A program made the translations under genes and the position numbers. Below are positions 55,501 to 64,000 of a stretch of DNA of 64,000 bases, one piece after another. Below the pieces are notes generated by a model. The model ran no database searches, had not been told where the DNA came from, and saw only the letters and a list, made by a program, of their open reading frames with translations. Origin of the DNA: Deinococcus sp. Its GTDB lineage: Bacteria > Deinococcota > Deinococci > Deinococcales > Deinococcaceae. The DNA lies in the NCBI GenBank assembly GCA_965261005.1, contig OZ253375.1:608001-672000 (forward strand), in the 5' to 3' direction. Positions within the stretch are counted from its first letter, which is position 1. Each line of letters starts with the position of its first letter.

Positions 55501-56409
55501 ATGAGCACAACCGAGCTTGCGGCGCCCAACATTGCGGTGGTCACCGACTCGACCAGCGACTTGCGGCCCGAGCAGCTGGCCGAGTGGAACATCACCAGCG
55601 TGCCGCTGTACGTGCTGTTCGACGGGCACATGTACAAGGACGGGCTGGAGATCACGCCGGCGCGGCTCTTCCGTGGCCTGCGCGAGGGGAAGCCGCCACC
55701 CTCCACCTCGCAGCCCAGCCCGGCCGAGTTCGAGGAGGCGTACAAGGGCGCGCTCACGGGGGCGGACCACGTGCTGTCGGTTCACCTGTCGGGGCAATTG
55801 TCGGGCACGGTGGGCAGCGCCCGCCTCGCGGCGCAGCAGTTTCCCGGCCAGGTGACGGTGCTGGACTCGGGCAGCGTATCGGGCGGTTTGGGCTTGCAAG
55901 CTTTGCGCGCGGCGCGGCGGGCGCGCGAGGGGGCCATCCTGGGCGACATCGTGGCCGAGCTGGAGCGCGAGGGAAGCGCCCAAAGCATCCGCTTTCTGGT
56001 GGACACCCTGGAGTTTCTCAAGCTCAACGGGCGCATCGGCGGGGCGCGGGCGCTGCTGGGCAGCTTGCTGAACATCAAGCCAATTCTAGCCATCAAGGGG
56101 GGCAAGGTGGAGGCCGCCGGGCAAGTGCGCGGGGGCAAAAAGGCGCTGGCGAACATGCTCGATTACGCGCGGACTTACGTGGAGGGGCACGGCCGCACGC
56201 GCTTCATGCTGCTGTCCACCGAGGGCGCCGAGCAAGCCGTGGGGGAGTTGCGCGCGGGCCTGGACGCCCAGGGCTTGGAGGACGCCGGCGTGTTGCCCCT
56301 GGGCGCCGTGGTCGCCACCCACGCCGGCCCCGGCACGGTGGGCATGGTGCTGGAGCCGGTCGGACTGGAGCCGATTGGACTGGAGCCTACCGGGAATGGG
56401 CCGGCTTAA
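55501..56409 (+). CDS. DegV family fatty-acid-binding protein
   Basis: [35 protein letters not shown] and HAGPG motifs. Confidence 0.92.
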   Translation: MSTTELAAPNIAVVTDSTSDLRPEQLAEWNITSVPLYVLFDGHMYKDGLEITPARLFRGLREGKPPPSTSQPSPAEFEEAYKGALTGADHVLSVHLSGQLSGTVGSARLAAQQFPGQVTVLDSGSVSGGLGLQALRAARRAREGAILGDIVAELEREGSAQSIRFLVDTLEFLKLNGRIGGARALLGSLLNIKPILAIKGGKVEAAGQVRGGKKALANMLDYARTYVEGHGRTRFMLLSTEGAEQAVGELRAGLDAQGLEDAGVLPLGAVVATHAGPGTVGMVLEPVGLEPIGLEPTGNGPA

Positions 56410-56433
56410 GGGACCAACGTTCAAGCGCCCGAA

Positions 56434-57541
56434 CTTGAAGCGCAAGGGGCGCTACGTTTTGCTGGCCCTGGCGCTGCTGGCGGGCGGCAGGGTGGCGCTG
56501 AACGGCCACAAGCAGACGGCCAGCTTGCCGAGGGACTGCGTCCGAACCGCCGCCTTCGAAGCGGCGCCGCCTCCGCCGGCCGCGCTCTCGGGACGGCTGG
56601 GGCTGTGGGTGGCGCGCTTAGACCCGCAGACTTCGAAGCCCCTGGCCGCCGTCGCCCGCGACCCGGACGGGGTGTATCCCCTCGCCAGCGCGTACAAGCA
56701 GGCCGTTCTCTGGGCGCTCCTCAGGGAGGTGGACGCGGGTCAGGTCAAGCTGTCCGAGACCTTCGAGGTGGACCACGCCGCGCAGAGCCTCGGCAGGTAT
56801 CCCTTCGATGGCTCCAACGTCACCACCTTGATGAGCCGCATGATCCACAACTCGGATAACACCGCGACCGATTTGCTGCACCGCCGCGTGGGGCTGGAGG
56901 CGGTGCAGGGCGTGGCCGACCGGCTGAAGTTGTGCCGCACCCGTTTGATCCTGCCCACCAAGGACTGGTGGGTGGCCCAGGCGGGCCTCGACCCGAATTG
57001 GCCGCAGCCGGAGGGATTTGGCGGCGCCACCGGCGAGGCGCGCCTCGCGCTGGCGCGCTCCCTCGACGCGGCGGCGCGGAACGTGCGCGCCGACGTGGTG
57101 CAAGTCCGCCTCGACGACTACTTCGCGCGGCGTTACGACCCGGCGACCGACCTGAACACCCACAACGTCTCCACCCCCTTTGAATTTGCGGACCTGATCG
57201 CGCACGAGTTTCTGGCGAGCGGTTTGTCGTCCGCCCAGCGGGAGCGCCAGCGCGACGTGATGGCGACCGGCTTCGGGAGGAGTAGGCTGCGCGCCCCGGT
57301 CACCTACTTCGGCGGCAAGGGCGGCAACGGCTGGAAAATTCTGACCATGACGGGCTACTTCGAGACGCCGCAGGGCCAGCACGTCGTCTACGTCTTCATG
57401 CAGCACGGCGCCCGCGAGGACGAGACCCTGCCCAACATCCACCCCGCCTTTGCGTGGATCAACGCGGCGGTGGAGCGGGTGCTGGCTGGTCCGGTCGCCT
57501 CAACAAGCTCAGGCCGTACACCCCTCCCGACAAGGCGCTGA
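56434..57541 (+). CDS. Serine hydrolase, class A beta-lactamase-like/PBP fold
   Basis: PLASAYK (SxxK), SDN and KGG motifs; N-terminal anchor; start uncertain. Confidence 0.8.
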
Positions 57542-58280
57542 TCCAGAAGCTGCTGGGCCAATCGCTGGCGTAGGCGAGCGTGATGCCGAGAAGGGTGACC
57601 AGCAGCGCGATCACAGCCCCGAGCAGCACGCCGGGACCGAAGCGCGGGGTCAGGCGGGCGGCGGCGGCGGGGGGACCCACCATCAGCGCGAAGACCAGCA
57701 GCACGCCGACCACCTGCACCGCCTCGACCACCGCGACCGCCACGACCAGCAAAAACAGCACGCTGAGGAGCCGCAGCGGCACCCCACGGGCCTCGGCGAG
57801 GTCGGGGTCAAGGGAGGCGAACAGCAGCGGGCGCGCGATGGCGCCGAGGGCCAGCAGACACAGCGCGCCCAGCCACGCGAGGGTGCCCAGCGTGCCGCCG
57901 CCCACCCCGAAGACGTTGCCGAACAGCAGGGTGTTCGTCTGGGTCGCGAAGGAGGTGACGAAGTGCAGCGCCAGGGTGCCGAGGCCCAGTGACACCGCCA
58001 AGATGATGCCCACCGCCACGTCGCGCCCGCGCAGCCGCTCGCCCAGCAGGCCCATCAGGGCGCCGCCCAGCAGCGTGAACGCCAAGAGGCCCCACAGCGG
58101 GGAGGCGCCCAGCAGCAGCGCCCCCCCCGCCCCCGCGAAGCCGACGTGCGACAAGGCGTGCCCCGCGAAGGTGAGCTGGCGCAACACCAGGAAGTAGCCC
58201 ACCACCGACGCGACGACGGCCACCAGGGCGCCGGCCGCGAAGGCGGTCCGCATGAAGTCGTAGGCGAGCATAACGGTCAT
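57459..58280 (-). CDS. Metal (Zn/Mn) ABC transporter permease
   Basis: FAGHALSHVGFAG, LLFGN and SLDPDLAEARG motifs. Confidence 0.9.
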   Translation of the reverse strand: MTVMLAYDFMRTAFAAGALVAVVASVVGYFLVLRQLTFAGHALSHVGFAGAGGALLLGASPLWGLLAFTLLGGALMGLLGERLRGRDVAVGIILAVSLGLGTLALHFVTSFATQTNTLLFGNVFGVGGGTLGTLAWLGALCLLALGAIARPLLFASLDPDLAEARGVPLRLLSVLFLLVVAVAVVEAVQVVGVLLVFALMVGPPAAAARLTPRFGPGVLLGAVIALLVTLLGITLAYASDWPSSFWISALSGGVYGLSLLRRPDQPAPAPPPR

Positions 58281-59074
58281 GAATGAACGCCGTGCCCCTC
58301 CTGCGCGCCCAGCACGAAGACGCGCTCCCCGAGCTTGACCACCTCGATAGGGGCGCCATATAGGCGCGACAGCGTGCCCGAGGTCATCACCTGATTCACG
58401 CTCCCCAGCTCGGCGTGACCGCCGCCCAGATACCACACCCGCGTCATGGCGCCGAGGAGGGCGTTGAGGTCGTGGGCGCTCAGCAGCACGGTGAGGTTCA
58501 GCTCGCGGCGCACCCGGTCCACGAGGTCCACCATTTCGCCCGCGTAGCGGGGATCGAGGCCCTGAAGCGGCTCGTCGAGCAGCAGCAGCTCGGGCCGGCC
58601 CAGCAGCGACTGGGCCAGCAGCAGACGCTGGCGCTCGCCGCCGGAAAGGTCTCCCAGCGGCCGGCGCGCCAGGGCCACCCCACCCACCAAGTCCAGCGCC
58701 CGCCCAACTTCACGCCGGCCAGCCGCGCCCAGCAGCGGCAACCCCCAGCGCTCACCGTTTAGGGCGCACGCCAGATAGTCGAAGCCGCTCAGGCGCACCT
58801 CGCTGACATTCGCGCGCACCTGCGGCAGGTAGCCGACGCGCCCGGCCGCTCGCCGGGGGGGCTGGCCGAGCACCCGCAGCTCACCGCACGCCGGCCGCAG
58901 CAGGCCCAGCAGCGCGCGAAACAGGGTGGACTTGCCCGCCCCGTTCGGCCCGAAGACGCCGACGAACTCGCCCGCCGCGATCTCAGCGTTCAGGTCCGAC
59001 AACACGGCCCGTCCCGCGCGGGCGAGGGTCACGCCGCTCAGCTGGACGGCCGGGCCGGTCACTGGGTCGGTCAC
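58277..59074 (-). CDS. Metal ABC transporter ATP-binding protein
   Basis: GPNGAGKST, LSGGERQR, LLLDEP and AHDLN motifs. Confidence 0.9.
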   Translation of the reverse strand: MTDPVTGPAVQLSGVTLARAGRAVLSDLNAEIAAGEFVGVFGPNGAGKSTLFRALLGLLRPACGELRVLGQPPRRAAGRVGYLPQVRANVSEVRLSGFDYLACALNGERWGLPLLGAAGRREVGRALDLVGGVALARRPLGDLSGGERQRLLLAQSLLGRPELLLLDEPLQGLDPRYAGEMVDLVDRVRRELNLTVLLSAHDLNALLGAMTRVWYLGGGHAELGSVNQVMTSGTLSRLYGAPIEVVKLGERVFVLGAQEGHGVHS

Positions 59075-59928
59075 TTGGGCGCTTGTCGCAGGGCGCGCTC
59101 CAACTGCGTCAGCTGCCCCAGCATCCAGGTCGTGTAGCTCTCTCCGGCGGGCTGGGTTTCGGTCACGCCGACAACGGGCACGCCGGCCGCCCCCGCCACG
59201 CTCTTGAGGCGCTCGGTGGCCGGGTCCGTGACCTGAAGGTTGTACAGCAGCACCTTGGCGCGGCGCGTCTTCAGGTCGTTTTGAAAGGCGGCGACTCGCC
59301 TGGCCCCCGGCTCGGTGCCGTTCTGCACCGCCAATTGAAAGGCCGGGTTGATCATCTTGAGGCCGAGGGCCGCCGCCATGTACCCGAACACCGGCTCGGT
59401 GGCGGCGACCCCGGTGCCCGTGAAGCGCGCCCTGATGCTGGCGACCTTGTCGGTCAGGGGCTTCAGGGACGTGTCAAAGGCGGCGAGGTTGGCGTCAAAC
59501 ATGGCCTTGTGAACCGGGTCGCGCTTCACCAGCTCGTCGTGCAGCGTCTTGGCGAACAGCGGCATGGTCGCCGGGTCGTACCACACATGAGGGTTGTCGC
59601 CGGCGCGGACGTTCACCAAGTTGGCGACCGTGATGATGGTGCGCCCGCCGGGCGAGCTAGCCGCGAGCAGCTTGTCCATCCAGGGGTCGTAATCGGCGCC
59701 ACTCTGCACAACGATGTCCGCGCCGGTCAGGGCGCGGGCGGTGCTGGCGCTCACCTCGAACAGGTGGGGGTCCTGATTGGGGTTCGAGAGAATGCTGGTC
59801 ACCGCGACCTGGTCGCCGCCGAGCCGCCGCGCCACGTCGCCGTAAAAGTTCTCGGCCGCGACGATCTGGATGGGGGCCGCCGTGGCAGCGCCGGACAGCA
59901 GCAGGAAAAGGGGCAGGGTTCTATGCAT
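59071..59928 (-). CDS. Metal ABC transporter substrate-binding protein (ZnuA/TroA-like)
   Basis: Signal peptide; DPHLFE, NPHVWYD and TET motifs. Confidence 0.9.
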   Translation of the reverse strand: MHRTLPLFLLLSGAATAAPIQIVAAENFYGDVARRLGGDQVAVTSILSNPNQDPHLFEVSASTARALTGADIVVQSGADYDPWMDKLLAASSPGGRTIITVANLVNVRAGDNPHVWYDPATMPLFAKTLHDELVKRDPVHKAMFDANLAAFDTSLKPLTDKVASIRARFTGTGVAATEPVFGYMAAALGLKMINPAFQLAVQNGTEPGARRVAAFQNDLKTRRAKVLLYNLQVTDPATERLKSVAGAAGVPVVGVTETQPAGESYTTWMLGQLTQLERALRQAPK

Positions 59929-59938
59929 GGGATGCACC

Positions 59939-59962
59939 TTATTGCAAATCCATTCTCAATAA
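59939..59962. promoter_or_regulatory. AT-rich palindrome, Fur/Zur-like box
   Basis: TTATTGCAAAT-CC-ATTCTCAATAA immediately upstream of the metal ABC operon. Confidence 0.6.
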
Positions 59963-59976
59963 CAAGGGGACCTTTC

Positions 59977-61770
59977 TCAGCGCAAGTTGAAGATCAGCCG
60001 GACGCTCAGCCCACCGCTGGTGGGTTGGCGGTACAGGTCCACGGCGGCGCCGTAGCGAAAGCAGCGCGAATCGAGGGTCGCCTCGGCGGACAGGTCCAGC
60101 CGCCGCACGGCCCAGTCGTAGCTGGCCGCCGGCGCGACGGTCAGGGGGCCGAAGGTCGCCAGGGCGCCGCCGCTCAGGGCGCTCACGCTGGGCGCGCCCG
60201 CCCGCCAGTCGTAACTGTACAGGTAGCCCAGTCGGGCGAGGGTCAGCGGTCCCCACTTCAGGTCCGGCGTCAGGGCGACGTTCAGGGTGCTTTGCTGCGC
60301 TGGGCCGGCGAGCAGGCCGGGCAGCGGCGCCGCGCCCCACACCCCGCGCGCCAAGTGCGCGAGCGACACGCTCAGGCCGGGGGCGACGTAGTTGGCGCCG
60401 CCCTCGACCTGCCAAGCCAGCTGGCCGGCATCCGGAAAGGCGTACAGATCGAGGGCCGTCGAGGCGCGCCAGCTCAGAACGCCGGAACCGAGGGCGCGCA
60501 GCCCCCCCAAGCCCGCGCTCAGCTGCCCGTGCGCGAAGGGGTCGGCGCGGCCCAGCTGATAAGCGCCGCCCACATCGCCCTCGGCGCGCAGGGTGAATGC
60601 CGGCGTGCCGAGCGCGGCGGCGTATCCAGCGCGGAACTCGCTCAGCAAGCCGCCCCCGTGCAGGGCGAGGCCGAACTGTGGCCCGCCGGTGGGAAAGCGG
60701 GCGAGCGCCAATTGCGGCACCGGGATGTCGGGGGCGGCCGACCCCGCGATCTCGGAATACGGGTCCTCAAAGACGCCCAGCGCGAAGTCGGCCCCGTCGA
60801 GCACCGAGCGCACGCCGAACTCCAGGTAGCCGGGGTGCAGCACGGCGTTCAGACGGGTGTCCTGCGAATCCAGCAGCGGCAAGTCGCGAATCCCGTAGCG
60901 CCCGTCCGCCAGCAGCAGCTGCGGCCGGGCGGCGATCAGGCGCGTGTTCAGCACCTGGGCGCCGGCTGCCAGGGTCTGGGCGCTCTCGCTCAGGGTCGCG
61001 CCGCCCGCTGAGAGGGGCAGCGTCAGGCCGGGCGGCAGCGGCAGCGGTAAGCCGAACAGCGCCAGCCGCGCGCCGCCCAGCGTCGTGCCGCGCGAATTGG
61101 CGAGCACGTTGGCCGCGCGCAAGGTCAGCTCGCGCGCCGCCGGGTCGCGGCACAGGCCGATCTCGGCGGGGCCGGTGCGGACGGCGCCGGGGGCGGCGTC
61201 GAGCCGGACGGCGCTCAAGCGGACCAGGTCCACGGCGTCCGCCGTCAGGTGCTGGCCCTCCAGCACGGCATGCTGAAGGCGGTAAGTCTCGCCGTCGCTC
61301 AGGCGCCGCAGGGTGGCCTGGGCGGCGCCCAGACGGCCGCGCCTCAGCTCGGCCGCGTCCGTTTGCAGGTCATAGGCGCCCGCCGGCAGCGGCAGATTCG
61401 GCAAGCTGCCGGCGGGCAGGGTCAGGCGCAGCTTCAAATTCGTGAGAACGGTCGTCTCGCCGCGCACGGTCGCCCGCCCGGCCAAGCCCGTCACGCCCGC
61501 ACCCGTGATGTTCACATTGTCGGCGGTGACGCCGGCCTCATCCGCGCTGGCCCGCGCCGCGTCCAAGTCGAAGGTGCCCAGCCGGAAACAGGCCGCCGTC
61601 AGCAGCGCCACGTCCCCCTCGAAGTCGAGGGCGTCCGCCTGCACCACGCCCACGCCCGGCTGCTCGATCTGCACGTCGCGGGAAGGGCAGTCCTGCGCCC
61701 CCGCGATGGAGAACATCAAAAACAGCGCGCACCAAACCAAGGGCCGGCGCGCGAGGCGGAAGAAAGGCAT
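59977..61770 (-). CDS. Exported protein, LptD-like (beta-jellyroll N-terminal part plus beta-strand-rich C-terminal part)
   Basis: Signal peptide; repeated beta motifs; LCRDP, ARLALFGLPLPLP and DSRCFRY Cys motifs; C-terminal alternating pattern ending LIFNLR. Confidence 0.5.
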   Translation of the reverse strand: MPFFRLARRPLVWCALFLMFSIAGAQDCPSRDVQIEQPGVGVVQADALDFEGDVALLTAACFRLGTFDLDAARASADEAGVTADNVNITGAGVTGLAGRATVRGETTVLTNLKLRLTLPAGSLPNLPLPAGAYDLQTDAAELRRGRLGAAQATLRRLSDGETYRLQHAVLEGQHLTADAVDLVRLSAVRLDAAPGAVRTGPAEIGLCRDPAARELTLRAANVLANSRGTTLGGARLALFGLPLPLPPGLTLPLSAGGATLSESAQTLAAGAQVLNTRLIAARPQLLLADGRYGIRDLPLLDSQDTRLNAVLHPGYLEFGVRSVLDGADFALGVFEDPYSEIAGSAAPDIPVPQLALARFPTGGPQFGLALHGGGLLSEFRAGYAAALGTPAFTLRAEGDVGGAYQLGRADPFAHGQLSAGLGGLRALGSGVLSWRASTALDLYAFPDAGQLAWQVEGGANYVAPGLSVSLAHLARGVWGAAPLPGLLAGPAQQSTLNVALTPDLKWGPLTLARLGYLYSYDWRAGAPSVSALSGGALATFGPLTVAPAASYDWAVRRLDLSAEATLDSRCFRYGAAVDLYRQPTSGGLSVRLIFNLR

Positions 61771-61788
61771 CTCCCCCAGTGTATGGGC

Positions 61789-62433
61789 TTATTTTAGGTA
61801 CGGCTGAAACGGCGCGAGCTGGGCGGCGCTGGGCTTGGTGGTCACGCTGGGCTGGTTCTGGGCGTTCCAAGTGACCAACAGCGTGGCGTCCGGCTTGTTG
61901 CCGCTCAGCTTGGTGCGGCCGTACTGGTACTTGTAATTTCCGACCATCAGCGCGCGGTTCCCCCGGTAGTCCACCACCACCTTGTCGGCGGCCATGTGGG
62001 GGTCCGCGCTGGCCACCTGACCGCTCGCCACGACAACGCCGGCCTTGCTGCTCAGGCTGATGTTCTGCGCCGTGAGGTCGCGCACGCGCTTGTCGTTGTA
62101 TTTGATGTCGCCGCTGGCGCTCAGCCCGTCGGTGTCCACGGTGTACTCCACCTTCTGGGCGGTGAGCGTGCCGCCGTCCTGGGTGGTCAGGATGGCGTTC
62201 TTCGCGTGCAGCCAAGCGCCGTCCTTGTACTCGATGTGGCCGGCCTTCACGCTCAGGCCGCGCTCGGCGTCGGTGGCGGTGCCGCCCTGCGCCAGCACGG
62301 TGGTGCCGCTTTTCAGGTCGAGCTTCTGATCGCCGGTCGGCTTGATGGTGAAGCCCGCGAAGGTGGCCGCCGAGGCGGCGCCCAGCCAAAAGAAGGCGAG
62401 AAGGCTTGGCGCTAGAAAGCTGACCCGTTGCAT
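61789..62433 (-). CDS. Exported LptA/OstA-like beta-jellyroll protein
   Basis: Signal peptide; repeating LTAQKVEY/ASGDI/ASGQV/ADKVVVD beta motifs; leaderless TAGACT promoter. Confidence 0.5.
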   Translation of the reverse strand: MQRVSFLAPSLLAFFWLGAASAATFAGFTIKPTGDQKLDLKSGTTVLAQGGTATDAERGLSVKAGHIEYKDGAWLHAKNAILTTQDGGTLTAQKVEYTVDTDGLSASGDIKYNDKRVRDLTAQNISLSSKAGVVVASGQVASADPHMAADKVVVDYRGNRALMVGNYKYQYGRTKLSGNKPDATLLVTWNAQNQPSVTTKPSAAQLAPFQPYLK

Positions 62434-62576
62434 GAAATCGAGTCTAACGGGGGGGCGCTGAGTTGGGTGAAGGGGTCGGTCAGGCGCGGGTCAGCCCTGT
62501 TCAGGATCAGCCCGCTTCAGGCTTCTCACGCCGCGCCCAGAAGTCGCCAGAGGACTTCGGGGTACACTGCCGCGAC

Positions 62577-63683
62577 GTGAAGCGCCTTTTGACCGCCTTG
62601 CTGGCCTCGTCGCTCGCCTCCCCCGCCTGTGCCGCGCCGCGCGTGGGCAGCCACGACGGCTTCACCCGTTTGGTGTGGGACCTCCCGAACATGGGAAGCG
62701 TCAAGGTGACCCCAAGCGCGAACGGCGCAACCCTCACGCTGAGCGTGCCCCTGGGAAGCGAGCACGCCAAGCTGGACGGCGACGTGCGAAGCTACGCTGT
62801 CAGCGGCACGACCGTGACCCTGACGCTGGCGCCGGGACGCTCGGTGAACGCCTTTGTGCTGGCCCCGGGGGGCAAGTTGCCGGCCCGCTTGGTGGTGGAC
62901 ACCGGCAAGGCCGCGAGCGTTCCCGTACAGGCGAGCGCCAAGCTCAGCGCGCCAGCCCCGGCAAGCGTCGCCCCGGCGAGCGCCAAGCTGCCGGGAAAGC
63001 CCACCTTGCGGGTGGTGATTGACCCCGGCCACGGCGGCGTGGACTCCGGCATGGTCGGCTACGTCACCGAAAAGGAGGTGACGCTGGCGGTCGGCCTCAA
63101 GGTGCGCGATTTGCTGAGGGCGCGCGGCATTGACGTCATCATGACCCGCGACCGCGACACCCAGATTTCCACCAACAAGAGCGCCGACCTGAGCGCCCGC
63201 GCCCGCCTCGCGCGCGCCGACACCGTCAACGCCTACGTCAGCATTCACGTGAACGCCGCCGTGGCGTCGGGAGCGCAGGGCATCGAGACTTGGGTCTTCG
63301 GTCGCCCCATCGAGAGCAGCACGCTGGCCCTGGCGGTGCGCGAAAACGGCGGCGGCAACTTGGGCCAGCGGCTCACCAAGGAATCGAGCGGCGTCGCCCA
63401 GAACTTGCTGGGAGATTTGCTGGCACAGGGCAACCTGACCTACTCCAAGACGCTCGCCAACTTGGTGCAGGGCAAGCTGGTGAAAGCCACCGGCGCGGTC
63501 AACCGCGGCATCGGCACGGCCCCCTTCGCGGTCATCCGCCTGCCCACCACGCCCGCCATCCTGATCGAGGTGGGCTTTGGCAGCAACCCGGTGGAGGGGC
63601 GCAAGCTGGCCTCGGACGCTTACCGGGGCAAGCTGGCGAGCGCCATCGCGGACGCCATCGCGGCGTTCCTGCACGTGGACTGA
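62577..63683 (+). CDS. N-acetylmuramoyl-L-alanine amidase (Amidase_3) with an N-terminal AMIN-like domain
   Basis: RVGSHDGFTRLVWD, IDPGHGG, TEK, SIHVNA and ILIEVGF motifs. Confidence 0.92.
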   Translation: MKRLLTALLASSLASPACAAPRVGSHDGFTRLVWDLPNMGSVKVTPSANGATLTLSVPLGSEHAKLDGDVRSYAVSGTTVTLTLAPGRSVNAFVLAPGGKLPARLVVDTGKAASVPVQASAKLSAPAPASVAPASAKLPGKPTLRVVIDPGHGGVDSGMVGYVTEKEVTLAVGLKVRDLLRARGIDVIMTRDRDTQISTNKSADLSARARLARADTVNAYVSIHVNAAVASGAQGIETWVFGRPIESSTLALAVRENGGGNLGQRLTKESSGVAQNLLGDLLAQGNLTYSKTLANLVQGKLVKATGAVNRGIGTAPFAVIRLPTTPAILIEVGFGSNPVEGRKLASDAYRGKLASAIADAIAAFLHVD

Positions 63684-63684
63684 A

Positions 63685-63999
63685 TTATTGAGCGATGGAG
63701 GCGGGGCGGCGCTGTTGCCCCCGGATGGAGCGGGCGATCAGCAGCGAGCCGACCAACGACGGCCCGAGGGCGTACAGCCAAAAAACCCAGCCGCCCTGGC
63801 CCAGCGGCCGGACGTTCACCAAAAAGGCCGTCCAGGCGGCGATGTACGACGACCCCATCATGTTGATGCGCAGGCCGGTCAACTGCTGACGCTTTTCGGC
63901 TGTGGGCGCCCGCTTGGCACGCCGAATGGCGATCCAGCCGGCGGCGACCCAACCGAGCGTCAAGATGCCAATGACCAGCAGCAGGACGTTCCCCTTGTT
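63685..63999 (-). CDS. Membrane protein, DUF2306-like, partial (5' end beyond the window)
   Basis: Hydrophobic helices with an INMMGSSYIAAWTAFLV motif. Confidence 0.5.
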   Translation of the reverse strand, partial: NKGNVLLLVIGILTLGWVAAGWIAIRRAKRAPTAEKRQQLTGLRINMMGSSYIAAWTAFLVNVRPLGQGGWVFWLYALGPSLVGSLLIARSIRGQQRRPASIAQ

Positions 64000-64000
64000 C

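Noticed and set aside
56434..57541. Calling the serine hydrolase a functional beta-lactamase (likewise the APH-family gene at 27348 a resistance gene)
   Set aside because: Only fold-level motifs are visible; substrate specificity cannot be inferred from them.

Overview
High-GC bacterial chromosome window, most likely a Deinococcus species. Support: a recF-DUF721 pair, a short archaeal-type non-discriminating AspRS, an RDRM-like site before recQ, many leaderless TANNNT promoters and SNR-like repeats. The window is mostly housekeeping and metabolic. It holds a galactoside-utilisation cluster (DeoR regulator, GH42, GH36, sugar ABC), valS, moaB, recF, yvcK, amtB, alr, trpEGD, pspA, dxs, glgP, recQ, a GH2, a VapBC pair, aspS, a metal ABC transporter, LptD/LptA-like envelope genes and an amidase. 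The most notable signals are non-coding or too small for the ORF track. (1) An apparent ribosome-mediated attenuator upstream of the non-discriminating aspS, with a leaderless 11-aa peptide MRPLANDDNRP (Asn-Asp-Asp-Asn control codons) and a complete 1:2/2:3/3:4 hairpin set. (2) A Val (GUC) T-box whose first downstream gene is a GNAT acetyltransferase placed ahead of valS. (3) A classical Trp leader peptide attenuator. (4) A VapBC islet bracketed by a duplicated aspS 3' end. Also present: MITE/REP-like repeats that supply stop codons, two internally deleted pseudogenes, and a probable ATC start codon. All calls come from reading the sequence; no database search was run.
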